Source: an uncultured Actinomycetes bacterium
GTDB lineage: Bacteria > Actinomycetota > Actinomycetes > Streptosporangiales > Streptosporangiaceae
Length of the DNA: 64,000 nucleotides
Reading direction: 5' to 3'
Assembly: GCA_963829725.1 (NCBI GenBank)
Contig: CAWHJW010000005.1
Span: 369,976-433,975, forward strand
Shown piece after piece: positions 1 through 11,353 of the stretch. A program made the position numbers and the translations under genes. The notes below the pieces were generated by a model that saw nothing but the letters and a program-made list of their open reading frames with translations, was not told where the DNA came from and made no database searches. Numbering within the stretch: the first letter of the stretch is position 1; the number at the start of each line of letters is the position of its first letter.

Positions 1-1202
1 CGCGCTGCCGGCCGGGACGCCGCGGTCCGGATGGCCATCACCGCCGGGATCATGTGCTCCCCGCAGCTCGGCCCGGGCGTCTTCCTGTTCCTGCTGGCCC
101 CGGACCACCTGGGCAGCTGTGTGCCGGTCCTGCTGGCCTGGCTGATCCTCGACCGCGCACCCCGCCGGTGGTACGTGCCTGCCGCCGTCGGCGCGCTGCT
201 GGCCTGGACGCTCGTGGCCGACTCGATCGTGGCGCTCACCGGGATCGTGCCCCTGGCCGCGGTCTGCGCCGCCCGGCTGTATGCCCGGGTCGTGGCCGGC
301 CGCAGCCACTGCGGTCGCAGTGGTTCGAGGGCTCGCTGCTGGCCGCCGCGGCCGGGGCGGCCGCGGCAGGCACCGCCGTGCTGCACCTGCTCCGGGCGGC
401 GGGGGGTTTCGGGCTGAACCCGGTGAGTTCGCAGCTCACCACGAGCGCCGCGCTGCCCGGCCACGTGTCCTCCACGATCGAGGGGCTCACCCTCGTCTTC
501 GGCGGCGACTTCTTCGGGCGCCCCTTCGGGGTGGCCACGGCCCTGCTGCTGCTGCACCTGGCCGGCCTGGGCCTGGCCGCCTGGGCGGTCTGCGCCGGGC
601 TGCGCCGGATAGCCGAGATCGACCTGGTGGACCAGTTGCTGATCGCGGGCGTGCTGCTGAACCTGGCCGCCTTCGCGCTGTGGACGTCCGTCACCGCGGT
701 CAGCACCACCCGGGAGATCGTCGCGGTGCTGCCGTTCGGGGCCATCCTGGCCGCCCGGCTGCTGGCCTGGCTCACCGCCGCGCGAATGCTGCCCGCCCTG
801 GCCGTCGTGGCGTGCGGCTACCTGATCAGCCTGGGCACGGTAGTGGCCCACTCCCCCGTCCCCCCGCAGGGGGACCGGCTCGCCGCCTGGCTGGCCGCGC
901 ACCACCTCCGCTACGGCGTGGGCGATTCCGCGCTGGGCAGCGTGGTCACGGTGTCCAGCGGGGAACGGGTGATCCTGCGCCCCATCCGGGTGGCCGGCGG
1001 CCTGGCGGCGGCCAGCCACTGGGAGGCGGACCAGTCCTGGTATGACCCGCAGCGGTACGACGCGACGTTCGCGGTGCTGCTCGGCCACTCGCCGTCACCC
1101 GGCGCGCTGCGGGCGACGTTCGGCCCCCCCGCCCGCACCTACCACATCGGCCCCTACACCGTGCTCACCTACCACCACAACCTCCTCTCGTTGCTGCCCT
1201 GA
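1..1202 (+). pseudogene. polytopic integral membrane protein, 5' end outside window, reading frame changes near 298
   Basis: Hydrophobic, high-GC3 coding runs in frame 1 from base 1 (..VPVLLAWLILD..IVPLAAVCAARLYARVVAG). It continues in frame 3 from about 300 (..SLLAAAAGAAAAGTAVLHLL..) to the stop at 1200-1202. GC3 collapses in frame 1 after about 300. No protein family recognised with certainty. Confidence 0.6.
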
Positions 1203-1298
1203 TCGGGCGGGGCTTCCGCGGTGGTTCCGGGGGCCGGCCCCCGGGCCAGCACAGCAGTACCGCGTCGCTGGGCATGTCAGGGGTCTTCAGACGGCACA

Positions 1299-3840
1299 AT
1301 GGCGGACATGGCACGACGCACTGCGACACCCCCGCCGCCCGAGGACTTCGAGGAAAACATCATCGACATTGATGTTGCCGAGGAGATGCGGGGCAGTTAC
1401 CTGGAGTACGCCTACTCCGTCATCTACTCCCGGGCCCTCCCGGACGCCCGGGACGGGCTGAAGCCCGTCCAGCGCCGGATCCTGTACCAGATGAACGAGA
1501 TGGGGCTGCGCCCGGACCGGGGACACGTCAAGTGCGCCCGGGTGGTGGGCGACGTGATGGGCCGCCTCCACCCGCATGGTGACAGCGCCATCTACGACGC
1601 GCTGGTCCGGCTGGCCCAGCCGTGGGCGATGCGGCTGCCGCTGGTGGACGGGCACGGTAACTTCGGCTCGATGGGCGGGGACGACTCCCCGGCCGCCATG
1701 CGGTACACCGAGGCCCGGCTGGCCTCCGCCGCGATGGAGATGGTCGCCTCGATCGACGAGGACACCGTTGACTTCCGGCCCAACTACGACGGCCAGGAGA
1801 CCGAGCCCGAGGTGCTCCCCGCGGCGCTGCCGAACCTGCTGGTCAACGGGACCGCGGGAATCGCGGTCGGGATGGCCACCAACATGGCGCCGCACAACCT
1901 CGGCGAGGTGATCGCCGCGGCGCGGCACCTGATCAGCAATCCGGACGCCGGCCTGGATGAGCTGATGCGCTTCGTGCCCGGGCCCGACCTGCCCACCGGC
2001 GGGAAGATCATCGGCCTGGACGGGATCAGGGAGGCCTACGAGACCGGCCGCGGCATCTTCCGCACCCGGGCCACCGCCCGGATCGAGAAGATAACCCCGC
2101 GGCGCGACGGCATCGTGGTCACCGAACTGCCCTACGGGGTAGGGCCGGAGAAGGTGATCGCCCGGATCAAGGACCTGGTGCAGGCCAAGAAGCTGAGCGG
2201 GATCTCCGACCTCAAGGACCTGACCGACCGGCACCGCGGCCTGCACCTGGTCATCGAGGTGCGCGGCGGGTTCCACGCCGAGGCCGTGCTGGACGAGCTG
2301 TACCGGCTGACGCCGATGGAAGACACGTTTGGCATCAACAACGTCACGCTGGTGGACGGGCAGCCCCGGGTGCTCGGCCTGCGTGAGCTGCTGCAGATCT
2401 ACATAGATCACCGGATCGAGGTGACCCGGCGGCGCAGCGAGTTCCGGCGGCGCAAGCGCGCCGACCGGCTGCACCTGGTGGACGGGCTGCTCGTCGCCCT
2501 GCTCAACATCGACGACGTGATCGCCGTCATCCGGTCCAGTGACGATTCGGCCCAGGCCAGGGAACGGCTGATGTCGGTCTTCGACCTGTCCGAGATCCAG
2601 GCCGCCTACATCCTGGACACCCCGCTGCGCCTGGCTCACCCGCTACGACCGGCTGGAACTGGAACGGGAGCGGGAGACGCTGCAGCGGGAGATGGCCGAG
2701 CTGACCGCGATCCTGGACTCCGAAGACCGGCTGCGCGGGGTGGTGTCGGCGGAGCTGGCCGGGGTGGCCGAGCGGTTCGGCACCCCGCGGCGCACCGTCC
2801 TGCTGGAAGGCAGCGGCAAGCCGACCCGGTCCGCCGCCGTCCCCCTTGAGGTGGCCGACGACCCGTGCCTGGTGCTGCTTTCCTCGGCCGGGCTGATCGC
2901 CCGCACCGCGGCCGCGCCCGCCGCCACCCTGGACTTCGACGGGGCCAGCGGTCCCGATGGCGGGCCGGGCGGTGAGGGACCGCGCGCCGCGCACGACGTG
3001 ATCGTGGCCACTGTCCCGGCCACCGCCCGGGGCAGCGTCGCGCTGGTCACCTCACAGGGCCGGCTGATCCGGATCGGCGTGCTGGAGATCCCGGCCCTGC
3101 CGCCGAGCGCGCACTCCCCCGCGCTGGCCGGCGGTGCCCCGCTGGCCGAGTTCGTCTCGCTGGACACCGGCGAGACCGTGGTCGGCCTGGCCGCCCCGGA
3201 CGGGACGGCGGGCGGCCTGGCGCTCGGCACCGCGGACGGGGTGGTCAAGCGGGTGGCCCCGGACTACCCGGCGAACGCCACCGAATTCGACGTGATCTCC
3301 CTCAAGGAGGGCGACCGGGTGGTCGGCGCGGTCCAGCTGGCCAGCGAGGATGCCGACCTGGTGTTCATCACCAGCGACGCCCAGCTGCTCCGGTTCGCCG
3401 CCGGCGCGGTGCGGCCGCAGGGCCGGGCGGCCGGCGGCATGGCCGGGATCCGGCTGGCCGCCGGGGCCAGCGTGGCCTGGTTCGGCGCGGTGCCTGACGA
3501 GGCGGCCCGTGCGGCGGCCCCGGGTGATGCCGGCGAGGCCGTGGTGGTCACGGTGGCGGGGAGCAGCGGTGCGCTGCCCGGCACCGCCGCCGCCACCGTG
3601 AAGGTCACGCCGTACCGGGAGTACCCGGCCAAGGGCCGGGCCACCGGCGGGGTCCGCTGTCACCGGTTCCTCAAGGGCGAGGACGCCCTGGTCCTCGCCT
3701 GGGCCGGGCCGGGCCCGGCCCGCGGCGCCACGGACGCGGGCGTGCCGGTCTACCTGCCCCCCGTGGAAGGCCGGCGGGACGGTTCCGGGGAGCGGGCCCG
3801 CCAGCAGCTGGCCGCGCTCGGCGGGCTAGCGCCGCGCTGA
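1299..3840 (+). pseudogene. parC: type IIA DNA topoisomerase subunit A (ParC/GyrA-like, topo IV type), one extra base at about 2631-2634
   Basis: The N-terminus carries GyrA/ParC hallmarks: EEMRGSYLEYAYSVIYSRALPDARDGLKPVQRRILY and GDVMGRLHPHGDSAIYDALVRLAQPWAMRLPLVDGHGNFGS. The translation jumps from frame 0 (DTPLR) to frame 1 (LTRYDRLELERERETLQREMAELTAIL). Removing t2632 restores TPLRRLTRYDRLE. Total length is 3n+1. Confidence 0.9.
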
Positions 3841-4158
3841 GACGCCGGGCTGGGTGACCGCCGCGGCCAGCGCGGTGAGCAGGTCGCGCGGGCCCGCGTA
3901 CGGGGGCTCCCCGAACTGCCACCAGCGGGCGATCTCGGTGCCTCCCGGCCCGGGATCGAACTCCCCCCCGCGGAAGCACCCGGCCCGGTCCAGCCCGGCC
4001 AGGTCCTGGTCGTCCGCCGCTAACGTGGCCACGAAGGCGGCGGCGTCCAGCAGTGCCGCGGCACAGCGCGCCGCCCGTACCGGGTCCTGCTGCGCGCGAG
4101 CCAGCCGCCAGGCGGCCTGCGCGCGGAGGAACTCCGCCACCAGGATCTGTATTGTCAC
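3826..4158 (-). CDS. hypothetical protein (110 aa), probably leaderless
   Basis: GTG at 4158 gives VTIQILVAEFLRAQAAWRLARAQQDP..WWQFGEPPYAGPRDLLTALAAAVTQPGVSARR with high GC3. A TACAAT -10 (4166-4171, minus strand) sits 7 nt upstream of the GTG. The CDS overlaps the parC stop by 15 bp. No family recognised. Confidence 0.55.
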   Translation of the reverse strand: MTIQILVAEFLRAQAAWRLARAQQDPVRAARCAAALLDAAAFVATLAADDQDLAGLDRAGCFRGGEFDPGPGGTEIARWWQFGEPPYAGPRDLLTALAAAVTQPGVSARR

Positions 4159-4200
4159 TCTGAGTATTGTACTCTTACAGAGAGTATTTGGGTGTGATCG
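4141..4200 (-). promoter_or_regulatory. AT-rich promoter/operator with repeated GAGTA/TACTC half-sites
   Basis: The plus strand reads cACTCtGAGTAttgTACTCttacagaGAGTAtt. It contains the inverted repeats GAGTA-ttg-TACTC and TACTCT-tacag-AGAGTA. A minus-strand TACAAT -10 is embedded in it. This is the only strongly AT-rich stretch in this neighbourhood. Confidence 0.5.
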
Positions 4201-4247
4201 CCTCGCCGTAGCGCCGCCGGCCAGCCCCCCAGGAGGGCGGGGCGGGG

Positions 4248-6444
4248 TCAGGTGTCGATGCGGGAGACGTCCAGCTCGGCGGCACCACCGATGATGAAGT
4301 CCCGGCGGGGGCCGACCTCCGAGCCCATCAGCAGGTTGAACATGCCGCTGGCGGCGGCCGCGTCCTCGATGCGGATGCGGCGCAGCGTGCGGTGCCGCGG
4401 GTCCATGGTCGTCTCGGCCAGCTGGCCGGCGTCCATCTCGCCCAGCCCCTTGTACCGCTGGATCGGCTCCTTCCAGCGCTGCCCCCGGCGCTCCAGCTCC
4501 AGCAGGGTGCGGTGCAGCTCGCTGTCGGAGTAGGTGTAGCGGTACCGGGCCTGCCCCTTGCGCGGGGCCGACAGCTCGATCCGGTGCAGCGGGGGCACCG
4601 CGGCGAACACCCGCCCGGCGTCCAGCAGCGGCCGCAGGTACCGGTGGAACAGGGTCAGCAGCAGGCACCGGATGTGCGCGCCGTCCACGTCGGCGTCGGA
4701 CATGAAGATGACCCGCTGGTACCGCGCGCAGTCCAGGTCGAACGAGGCGCCCGAGCCGGACCCGATGACCCGGATGATGTCCGCGCACTCGGCGTTCTTC
4801 AGCATGTCCGCCAGGGACGCCTTCTGCACGTTGAGGATCTTGCCGCGGATCGGCAGCAGCGCCTGGAACTCCGAGTTCCGCGCCAGCTTGGCCGTGCCCA
4901 GCGCGGAATCGCCCTCCACGATGAACAGCTCGCTGCGGTCGTCGGCGCTGCGGCAGTCCACCAGCTTCGGCGGCAGCGTCGAGGCGGCCAGGGCGTTCTT
5001 CCGGCGCTGGTTGTCCCGGTGCTCGCGGGCGGCGATCCGGGCCTTGGCCGCGGACGCCACCTTGTCGAGCACGGCCCGGCCCTGCTGCTTGGCGGCCCGG
5101 CCCCGGGACTCGAAGAAGGCGCGCAGCTCAGCCGAGACCACCTGGGCGACGATCCGGGACGCGGCCGGGGTGCCGAGGATCTCCTTCGTCTGGCCCTCGA
5201 ACTGCGGTTCCGGCAGCCGCACCCCGATCACCGCGGTCAGCCCTTCCATGGCGTCGTCCTTGGAAGCCCGGCTCGTCCCCGTTCTTGAGCAGCCGCGCGG
5301 CCCGCAGCTGGTCGTTCAGCGTCCGAACCAGGGCACGCTCGAACCCGGCCACGTGCGTCCCGCCCTTGGGGGTGGCGATCACGTTGACGAAGGAGCGGGT
5401 GACGGTGTCGTACCCGGTCCCCCACTGCACCGCCACGTCCACCAGCAGTTCCCGCTCGACCTCGGTGGGCGTCATGTGCCCCTGCTCGTCGAGCACCGGC
5501 ACCGTCTCGGTGAAGTTACCCGACCCGGTCAGCCGGAGCACGTCGGTGAGCGGCTCGCCGGGGGCCAGGTAGTCGCAGAACTCACTGATCCCGCCGTCGA
5601 ACCGGAACTCGGCCTCCCGCGGCCCGTCGGCCGGGGGCTCGTGGTCGGGGAACTCGGCCGCCACGTCCGGGCTGGCCGGCTCGCGGTGATCGGCGGCCGA
5701 CCGCTCGTCGCGGACCCGGATGGCCAGGCCCGGCACCAGGTACGCGGTCTGCCGGGCCCGCTGCACCAGTGCCTCGAAGCTCCAGCCGGCGTCCTTGGTG
5801 AACACCTGCTGGTCAGGCCAGAACCTGATCCGCGTCCCGGTGACCTTCCTGGCCACCTTCCGGACCTGCCGCAGCCCGGACCCGGCCGCGAACGGGGCGC
5901 CCGGGCCGTCGGCCGCGAACTCCCCGGGCACGCCCCGGCGGAAGCTGGCCGCCCACTCCTGCCCTTCCCGGTCCACGTGCACATCGAGCCGGGACGACAG
6001 CGCGTTCACCACCGAGGCACCCACGCCGTGCAGGCCGCCGGACGCGGTGTAAGAGCCGCCGCCGAACTTGCCGCCCGCGTGCAGCCGGGTCATCACCAGT
6101 TCCACGCCGGACAGGCCGGATTTGGGCTCGGTGTCCACCGGTATGCCGCGGCCGTTGTCGCGCACCCCGGCGGAAAGATCTTTATTCAGAACGACATCGA
6201 TCGTGGTGCAGTGCCCCGCCAGGGCCTCATCGACCGCGTTGTCGAAGATCTCCCAGAGGCAGTGCATCAGGCCACGGCTGTCAGTGGACCCGATGTACAT
6301 GCCGGGGCGCTTGCGGACCGCCTCCAGCCCTTCCAGGACGGACAGATGACGGGCCGTGTAGCCATCGGCGGCGGATCCGCGGCCGGCCTTCGCCGGGACC
6401 GCGGCCCGGGCAGGACGGGCAGTTTCGGCGCGGACGGCGGTCAC
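4248..6444 (-). pseudogene. parE: type IIA DNA topoisomerase subunit B (ParE/GyrB-like), one extra base at about 5262-5271
   Basis: GHKL ATPase motifs (LEGLEAVRKRPGMYIGS, LWEIFDNAVDEALAG, GLHGVGASVVNALS) are present, then a Toprim/C-terminal part (EGLTAVIGVRLPEPQFEGQTK, ELFIVEGDSALGTAK, IFMSDADVDGAHI, YKGLGEMD). The two halves are in different frames. The junction reads ..LLKNGDEPGF / KDDAMEGLTAV.. and the length is 3n+1. RBS GGGAGGG lies upstream of the GTG at 6444. Confidence 0.9.
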
Positions 6445-6731
6445 AAGGGCCCTCCCGGGGTCGGGGCTGCGTAGCGGACTGCTGGCAGACTAACCGCCCG
6501 CTGGGGGTGGTCCGCGTCGCCACGCCGCGGACATACCCGGCTAGCTGGGACAACGCGGCTGGGCCGGGGCCGGGCGGGCGCCCGCTCACCCCGCAGCCAA
6601 AGTTTGTCGTTCGCTGTGGGCGTAGGCGGGGGTCACACGGGAAGTGAGCCGCCTGGCAGAGTGTTGCATAGCAGGTAGGGCACAGCCAGCCGGACGACCA
6701 AGAGCCGGCGGCATGACGCGAGGGAGGCGAC

Positions 6732-6956
6732 ATGACCGGAGCTCTCGCACCAAGCAGGCCCCTGAATGCGATGGACCTGTGCGACCGGTGTGGTGCCCAG
6801 GCGTACGTACGCGTTGTGCTTCCCGATTCCGGGGAGCTGCTGTTCTGCGCCCACCACAGCCGCCAGCACGCCGAGGCTATCGCCAAGGTGGCCGTCGAGA
6901 TCCAGGATGAGACGGAGCGGCTGTCACCGGGAGGCGGAACACGGCGCGACGCCTAG
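6732..6956 (+). CDS. small conserved Cys/His (zinc-ribbon-like) protein
   Basis: 74 aa: MTGALAPSRPLNAMDLCDRCGAQAYVRVVLPDSGELLFCAHHSRQH.. with a CxxC..CxHH pattern. RBS GGGAGG lies 6 nt upstream. It sits next to the principal sigma factor gene, as in other actinomycetes. Confidence 0.75.
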   Translation: MTGALAPSRPLNAMDLCDRCGAQAYVRVVLPDSGELLFCAHHSRQHAEAIAKVAVEIQDETERLSPGGGTRRDA

Positions 6957-7089
6957 CCAGGCCCGCGACCCGCGGGCGGATGCCCCGGGCCGCCTACCTG
7001 GCCGGCCTGGTGTCGGCTCGGCAGCGTCGCCGCGCCACGCCCGGCGCTTCCCCCGGGATGTGCCTTCGCTTAAGCCCTCAAGGGACAAG

Positions 7090-7137
7090 AACTGGCTGGG
7101 GCCCCGGTCACCGCGGTGACCGGGGCCCCAGCCAGTT
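7090..7137. terminator. 48-bp perfect palindrome, bidirectional terminator candidate
   Basis: AACTGGCTGGGGCCCCGGTCACCG|CGGTGACCGGGGCCCCAGCCAGTT lies between the convergent small Cys/His gene and the sigma factor gene. Confidence 0.7.
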
Positions 7138-7156
7138 GCTGCGAGCTGCCCGCGCC

Positions 7157-8848
7157 CTAATCCAGGTAGTCGCGGAGGACCTGGGAACGGGACGGGTGGC
7201 GGAGCTTGGACATGGTCTTGGATTCGATCTGCCGGATCCGCTCCCGGGTCACCCCGTAGACCTTGCCGATCTCATCCAGTGTCTTCGGCTGCCCGTCGGT
7301 GAGCCCGAACCGCATGGAGACCACGCCGGCCTCCCGCTCGGACAGCGTGTCGAGCACCGAGTGCAGCTGCTCCTGGAGCAGGGTGAAACTGACCGCCTCG
7401 CCGGGCTGGATGGCCTCGGAGTCCTCGATCAGGTCGCCGAACTCGCTGTCGCCGTCCTCACCGAGCGGGGTGTGCAGCGAGATCGGCTCGCGGCCGTACT
7501 TCTGCACCTCGATGACCTTCTCCGGGGTCATGTCCAGCTCGGCCGCGAGCTCCTCGGGAGTTGGCTCGCGCCCCAGGTCCTGCAGCATCTGCCGCTGCAC
7601 CCGGGCCAGCTTGTTGATGACCTCGACCATGTGCACGGGGATCCGGATGGTCCGGGCCTGGTCAGCCATGGCCCGGGTGATCGCCTGCCGGATCCACCAG
7701 GTCGCGTACGTGGAGAACTTGTAGCCCTTGGTGTAGTCGAACTTCTCGACCGCGCGGATCAGGCCCAGGTTGCCCTCCTGGATCAGGTCCAGGAACAGCA
7801 TGCCCCGCCCGGTGTACCGCTTGGCCAGCGAGACGACCAGCCGCAGGTTGGCCTCGAGGAGGTGGTTCTTGGCCCGGCGGCCGTCCTCCGCGATCCACTC
7901 CATGTCCAGCCGGGCGGGCCCGTCGCCCTCCAGGCCCTCGGCCAGCTTCTCCTCGGCGAACAGCCCCGCCTCGATCCGCTTGGCCAGTTCCACCTCCTGC
8001 TCCGCGTTCAGCAGGGGGACCTTGCCGATCTGCTTGAGGTAGTCCTTGACCGGGTCGGCGGTGGCCCCGGCCGACGCCACCTGCGCGGCGGGCAGGTCGT
8101 CATCGTCGTCGCCGTAGACGAACGCCTCTTCCTCCGCGGTGCCCGGCCCCGGCGCCTTGGCCGCGGTCTCCGGAGCCGCCCCGGCCGCGGCAGCGGGCCC
8201 AGGCACGGCCACTCCGGCGACGGCATCGGCCTGGCCCGCCGCGGCCGGGCCGTCCTCAGCCTCCTCATCGGCCGCGTCGTCGTCCGTGGCCTCATCGTCG
8301 GCCTCGACGTCCACGTCGAGGCCCACGTCGACCTCGGCGACGTCGGCGACGTCGGACAGGTCAATGTCCTCCAGGTCGGCGCCCTCCAGGGCATCGTCGG
8401 ACAGATCGACGTCGCCCGGACCGACCTCACCATCCAGTTCCGCCGTGTCTGCCAGGTCTGGCACCTCGGCCAGGCCAACCGCGTCATTCCCTGAGGTAGC
8501 CAAATCGGGATCCTCACTCACGATGCCTGACACCCCCCGGCCGCCCGCTACCGCGTCGTCGCCGGGCCGGCCGGCCGCGCCGCGCGGCCCGGGCCGCCCA
8601 CCGGAATTCTTCTTGCCCCGGCGCCGCGCCGGAGCGCCGTCGCCGCGTTCCGGCGATCCCGGAACGCGCTCCCTGCCGGACGTCGCGTCCGTGTCCACGA
8701 GCGAGACCGGCCCGCCTGGCCGCGGGCCGCCGGGCTTCCCGTCCCCGGTGCGCCCTGGGGCCTGCTGCGCTGGCAACCGTCCACCCTGGCCTTCCGGCCT
8801 CGGTTGCCTCCGCGCTGCGGAACCTGCAGCGCTTGCCACCGCGGTCAC
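7157..8848 (-). CDS. rpoD: principal (group 1) RNA polymerase sigma factor, HrdB/SigA/RpoD type
   Basis: The C-terminal 330 aa are canonical: [111 protein letters not shown]. The acidic D/E-rich N-terminal region is typical of actinobacterial HrdB. The start is uncertain: ORF limit 8848, or GTG at 8521. Confidence 0.95.
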   Translation of the reverse strand: MTAVASAAGSAARRQPRPEGQGGRLPAQQAPGRTGDGKPGGPRPGGPVSLVDTDATSGRERVPGSPERGDGAPARRRGKKNSGGRPGPRGAAGRPGDDAVAGGRGVSGIVSEDPDLATSGNDAVGLAEVPDLADTAELDGEVGPGDVDLSDDALEGADLEDIDLSDVADVAEVDVGLDVDVEADDEATDDDAADEEAEDGPAAAGQADAVAGVAVPGPAAAAGAAPETAAKAPGPGTAEEEAFVYGDDDDDLPAAQVASAGATADPVKDYLKQIGKVPLLNAEQEVELAKRIEAGLFAEEKLAEGLEGDGPARLDMEWIAEDGRRAKNHLLEANLRLVVSLAKRYTGRGMLFLDLIQEGNLGLIRAVEKFDYTKGYKFSTYATWWIRQAITRAMADQARTIRIPVHMVEVINKLARVQRQMLQDLGREPTPEELAAELDMTPEKVIEVQKYGREPISLHTPLGEDGDSEFGDLIEDSEAIQPGEAVSFTLLQEQLHSVLDTLSEREAGVVSMRFGLTDGQPKTLDEIGKVYGVTRERIRQIESKTMSKLRHPSRSQVLRDYLD

Positions 8849-9151
8849 CCCTTCCTTCGCTGGATGGCGGCCTGCCCAGCCGCGAATGAAACCTGACGAC
8901 GCGAGCTGGCAGGCGACACAGACACCTCTCCTGCATACATGAGCGGGGAAATGGACCCTACCTCGTGTACTTCACTGCTGGGACCTTGCCGGAAACCAGG
9001 CCTGGGCCACAGCACGCTGCGACCGGGATAGGAACATCTTCCGATCACCACCTTAGGCGGAGCCAGCGGGTGGCTCGTACTGCTCCGGCGGCCGATGCGG
9101 CCGCGCGGCCGCCCGGCGCGCGGCACCTGGCCAGGTCAGCGGGGCCATGTC

Positions 9152-11353
9152 TCATGCTTTCCCCCTCCGGGCCGCGGGGATCACGCCACTGGGCGGCCGC
9201 GGGGCGGGCGCGCCGTCCTGCCGGGGCACGTGCAGCACGAGCACGGTCACGTCGTCGTCCTGCTCGTAACCGGTCAGCATCCGGTCCACCAGGTACTCCA
9301 GCAGCCGGGCCGGGTCCTCTACCATGCCCGGCCGGGCCTGTGCTGACACCGCGACCAGTTCATCCAGGCCGGTATCCAGGCCGCGCCGGCGGTTCTCCAC
9401 CAGGCCATCGGAGTACAGCACCGCGGTGGTGCCGGGCGGCAGCCGGAAGACGTACTGCTGCCGCGGGCACGCCCAGCCCAGCGGCGTGCCAGCCTCGGTG
9501 GTGTCCAGCCGCGGCGGGGCGTCCCTGGACAGCAGCAGCGGCGGCAGGTGCCCCGCGTTGCCCGCCAGGCCCTCGCCGGTGACCGGGTCGACCACCAGGT
9601 AGGCCACCGTGGTTACCTGCTCGTCGAGTTCGGTGGCGGTGAACAGCCGGTCCAGGCCGGCCAGCACCGCGGCCGGCCGCGGGTCGGTCAGCGCCAGGGC
9701 CCGCAGCGCGTTGCGTACCCGCCCCATCCCGGCCGCCGCGGTCAGGCCCTTGCCCATCACGTCCCCGGCGGCGACCGCGAGCCTGCCGTCGGGCAACCGG
9801 AACGCGTCGTACCAGTCGCCGCCGATCTCCATGTTCCGGGTCACCGGCAGGTAGCGCGCCTCCAGGATGATCCCCGGCACGCTGGGCAGCCGGTCCGGCA
9901 GCAGGCTGCGCTGCAGGGTCTCGGCGGTGGTGTGCTCCCGCTCGAACAGCGAGGCACGCTCCAGGGCCAGCGCGCACTGGCCGGCCAGGGCCTCCAGGAA
10001 GACCCGCTCCTCCTCAGTGATCTGGCGCGGCTTGGTGAAGGAGAACCGCAGCGCGCCGAGCGGCGCGCCCGCCGCCAGCAGGGGCAGCCCCACCCAGGCC
10101 CGCTCGTCGCTGTGCGCCAGGAACAGGTCCACGTTGGCTACCGCGTCGAACTGACGGCGCAGCGCATCAGGGTTCTCCACCAGCACCGGCCGCCGCGAGG
10201 TGATGGCCAGGGTCATCACGCTCGGCTCGTCCAGGGGGATGTCACCGGACGGCGCGCCCGGCACATCCGGCAGCCCCATCGGGTTGATGGTGCGCAGCCG
10301 CAGCCGCTCGGGGTCCAGCAGCGCCACCGCGGACCGCTCGGCACCGATGGCGGACCGGCCGACCTCGGTGATCACCTCGACGACCTGCAGCACGGTCAGC
10401 GCCTCGGCCAGCATCGACGTGGCCTGCTGCAGCCGCGCCGTGCGCAGCGCGGCGGCGGACAGCTGCTCGGTCAGCCGGCCGCGCATCTCCTCGGCCTCAC
10501 GCTGCCCGGTCACATCCGTGCTGGCGCCGACCCACTCAATGATCTTGCCGTCCCGCTCGATGGGCACGGCCCGGACGTCGTAGTGCCGGTACGAGCCGGT
10601 CTTTGTCCGGACCCGGTACCGGCTGTCGAAGATCTTCCCGGCGCTGACGCATTCGCGCCATTCCCGTTCCACCCGCTCGCGGTCTTCCGGGTGAATCGCG
10701 TCCAGCCAGCCATTGCCGAGGTACTCCTCCAGGCTCTGCCCGGTTATCCAGCGCCACTCGGGCGAATCCTCGGCGATGTCGCCGGCGGGTGTGGTCACCC
10801 AGACCACCTGGGCGCCGGCCTGTACCAGCGACCGGTACCGTTCCTCGCTGCGGCGGACCGCTTCCGCCGAGCTGCGCCGGTCGGTGACGTCCACGGCGAT
10901 CAGCGCGACCCCGGCGACGTTGCCGTCCGGGTCGTGCGAGGGGAACCAGGAGAAGGCCCAGTGCCGGTCGTCGCGGGCGGCCCCGTCGCCGGGGCCGCGC
11001 CCGGCGTCCCCGGCCGCCCGCCCGTCCGCGTCGCCCGGCGCCGCGGCGCCCACGCTGACCGGCAGGTTGGACTCGGACAGCGGCTGGCCCTCGGCCAGCA
11101 CGTGCCGGACGGCCGACTCGGCCCGGGCCGCCAGCGAGGCGGGCCAGACCTGCGACGGCAGCAGCCCGACGTGAGCATCCAGATCGAGCCCGTCCAGCCG
11201 GCCCAGGGCCCGGTTGATCCGCCGGAAGCGGAGGTCGGGGCCGAAGAAAGCGAAGCCGATCGGGGCCTCGCGCAGCAGTGTGGCCAGCAGTGCCGAGTCG
11301 GAAACGTCCAGCCCGGACAGCCGGGGCTGGGGCACGGAGGTATCAGTACTCAT
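9152..11353 (-). CDS. PAS-PAS-GAF-PP2C (SpoIIE/RsbU-type) protein phosphatase
   Basis: The ATG at 11353 (MSTDTSVPQ) is preferred over the upstream ORF limit. PAS-like segments (RRSEERYRSLVQAGAQVVWVT..GWLDAIHPEDRERV) are followed by a GAF-like middle. The C-terminal PP2C part reads LQRSLLPDRLP..GGDWYDAF..AAGDVMGKG..LYSDGLVE..DDDVTVLVL. Confidence 0.85.
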   Translation of the reverse strand: MSTDTSVPQPRLSGLDVSDSALLATLLREAPIGFAFFGPDLRFRRINRALGRLDGLDLDAHVGLLPSQVWPASLAARAESAVRHVLAEGQPLSESNLPVSVGAAAPGDADGRAAGDAGRGPGDGAARDDRHWAFSWFPSHDPDGNVAGVALIAVDVTDRRSSAEAVRRSEERYRSLVQAGAQVVWVTTPAGDIAEDSPEWRWITGQSLEEYLGNGWLDAIHPEDRERVEREWRECVSAGKIFDSRYRVRTKTGSYRHYDVRAVPIERDGKIIEWVGASTDVTGQREAEEMRGRLTEQLSAAALRTARLQQATSMLAEALTVLQVVEVITEVGRSAIGAERSAVALLDPERLRLRTINPMGLPDVPGAPSGDIPLDEPSVMTLAITSRRPVLVENPDALRRQFDAVANVDLFLAHSDERAWVGLPLLAAGAPLGALRFSFTKPRQITEEERVFLEALAGQCALALERASLFEREHTTAETLQRSLLPDRLPSVPGIILEARYLPVTRNMEIGGDWYDAFRLPDGRLAVAAGDVMGKGLTAAAGMGRVRNALRALALTDPRPAAVLAGLDRLFTATELDEQVTTVAYLVVDPVTGEGLAGNAGHLPPLLLSRDAPPRLDTTEAGTPLGWACPRQQYVFRLPPGTTAVLYSDGLVENRRRGLDTGLDELVAVSAQARPGMVEDPARLLEYLVDRMLTGYEQDDDVTVLVLHVPRQDGAPAPRPPSGVIPAARRGKA

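Noticed and set aside
1287-2639. Long antisense or out-of-frame ORFs, for example 1287-2639(-), 6980-8494(+), 9548-11380(+), 14893-16233(+), 20609-22027(+), 32426-34483(-), 33957-35888(-), 42743-44086(-), 49155-50720(+), 55319-56569(-)
   Set aside because: These are typical shadow ORFs of high-GC DNA. Their translations are low-complexity and rich in Arg/Pro/Gly/Ala. They overlap genes with clear homology on the other strand or frame, and they lack GC3 bias in their own frame.
8522-8848. A separate gene upstream of the sigma factor core
   Set aside because: The stretch is in frame with rpoD and basic or low-complexity like other HrdB N-termini. I kept it as a possible N-terminal extension with an uncertain start (8848 versus 8521).
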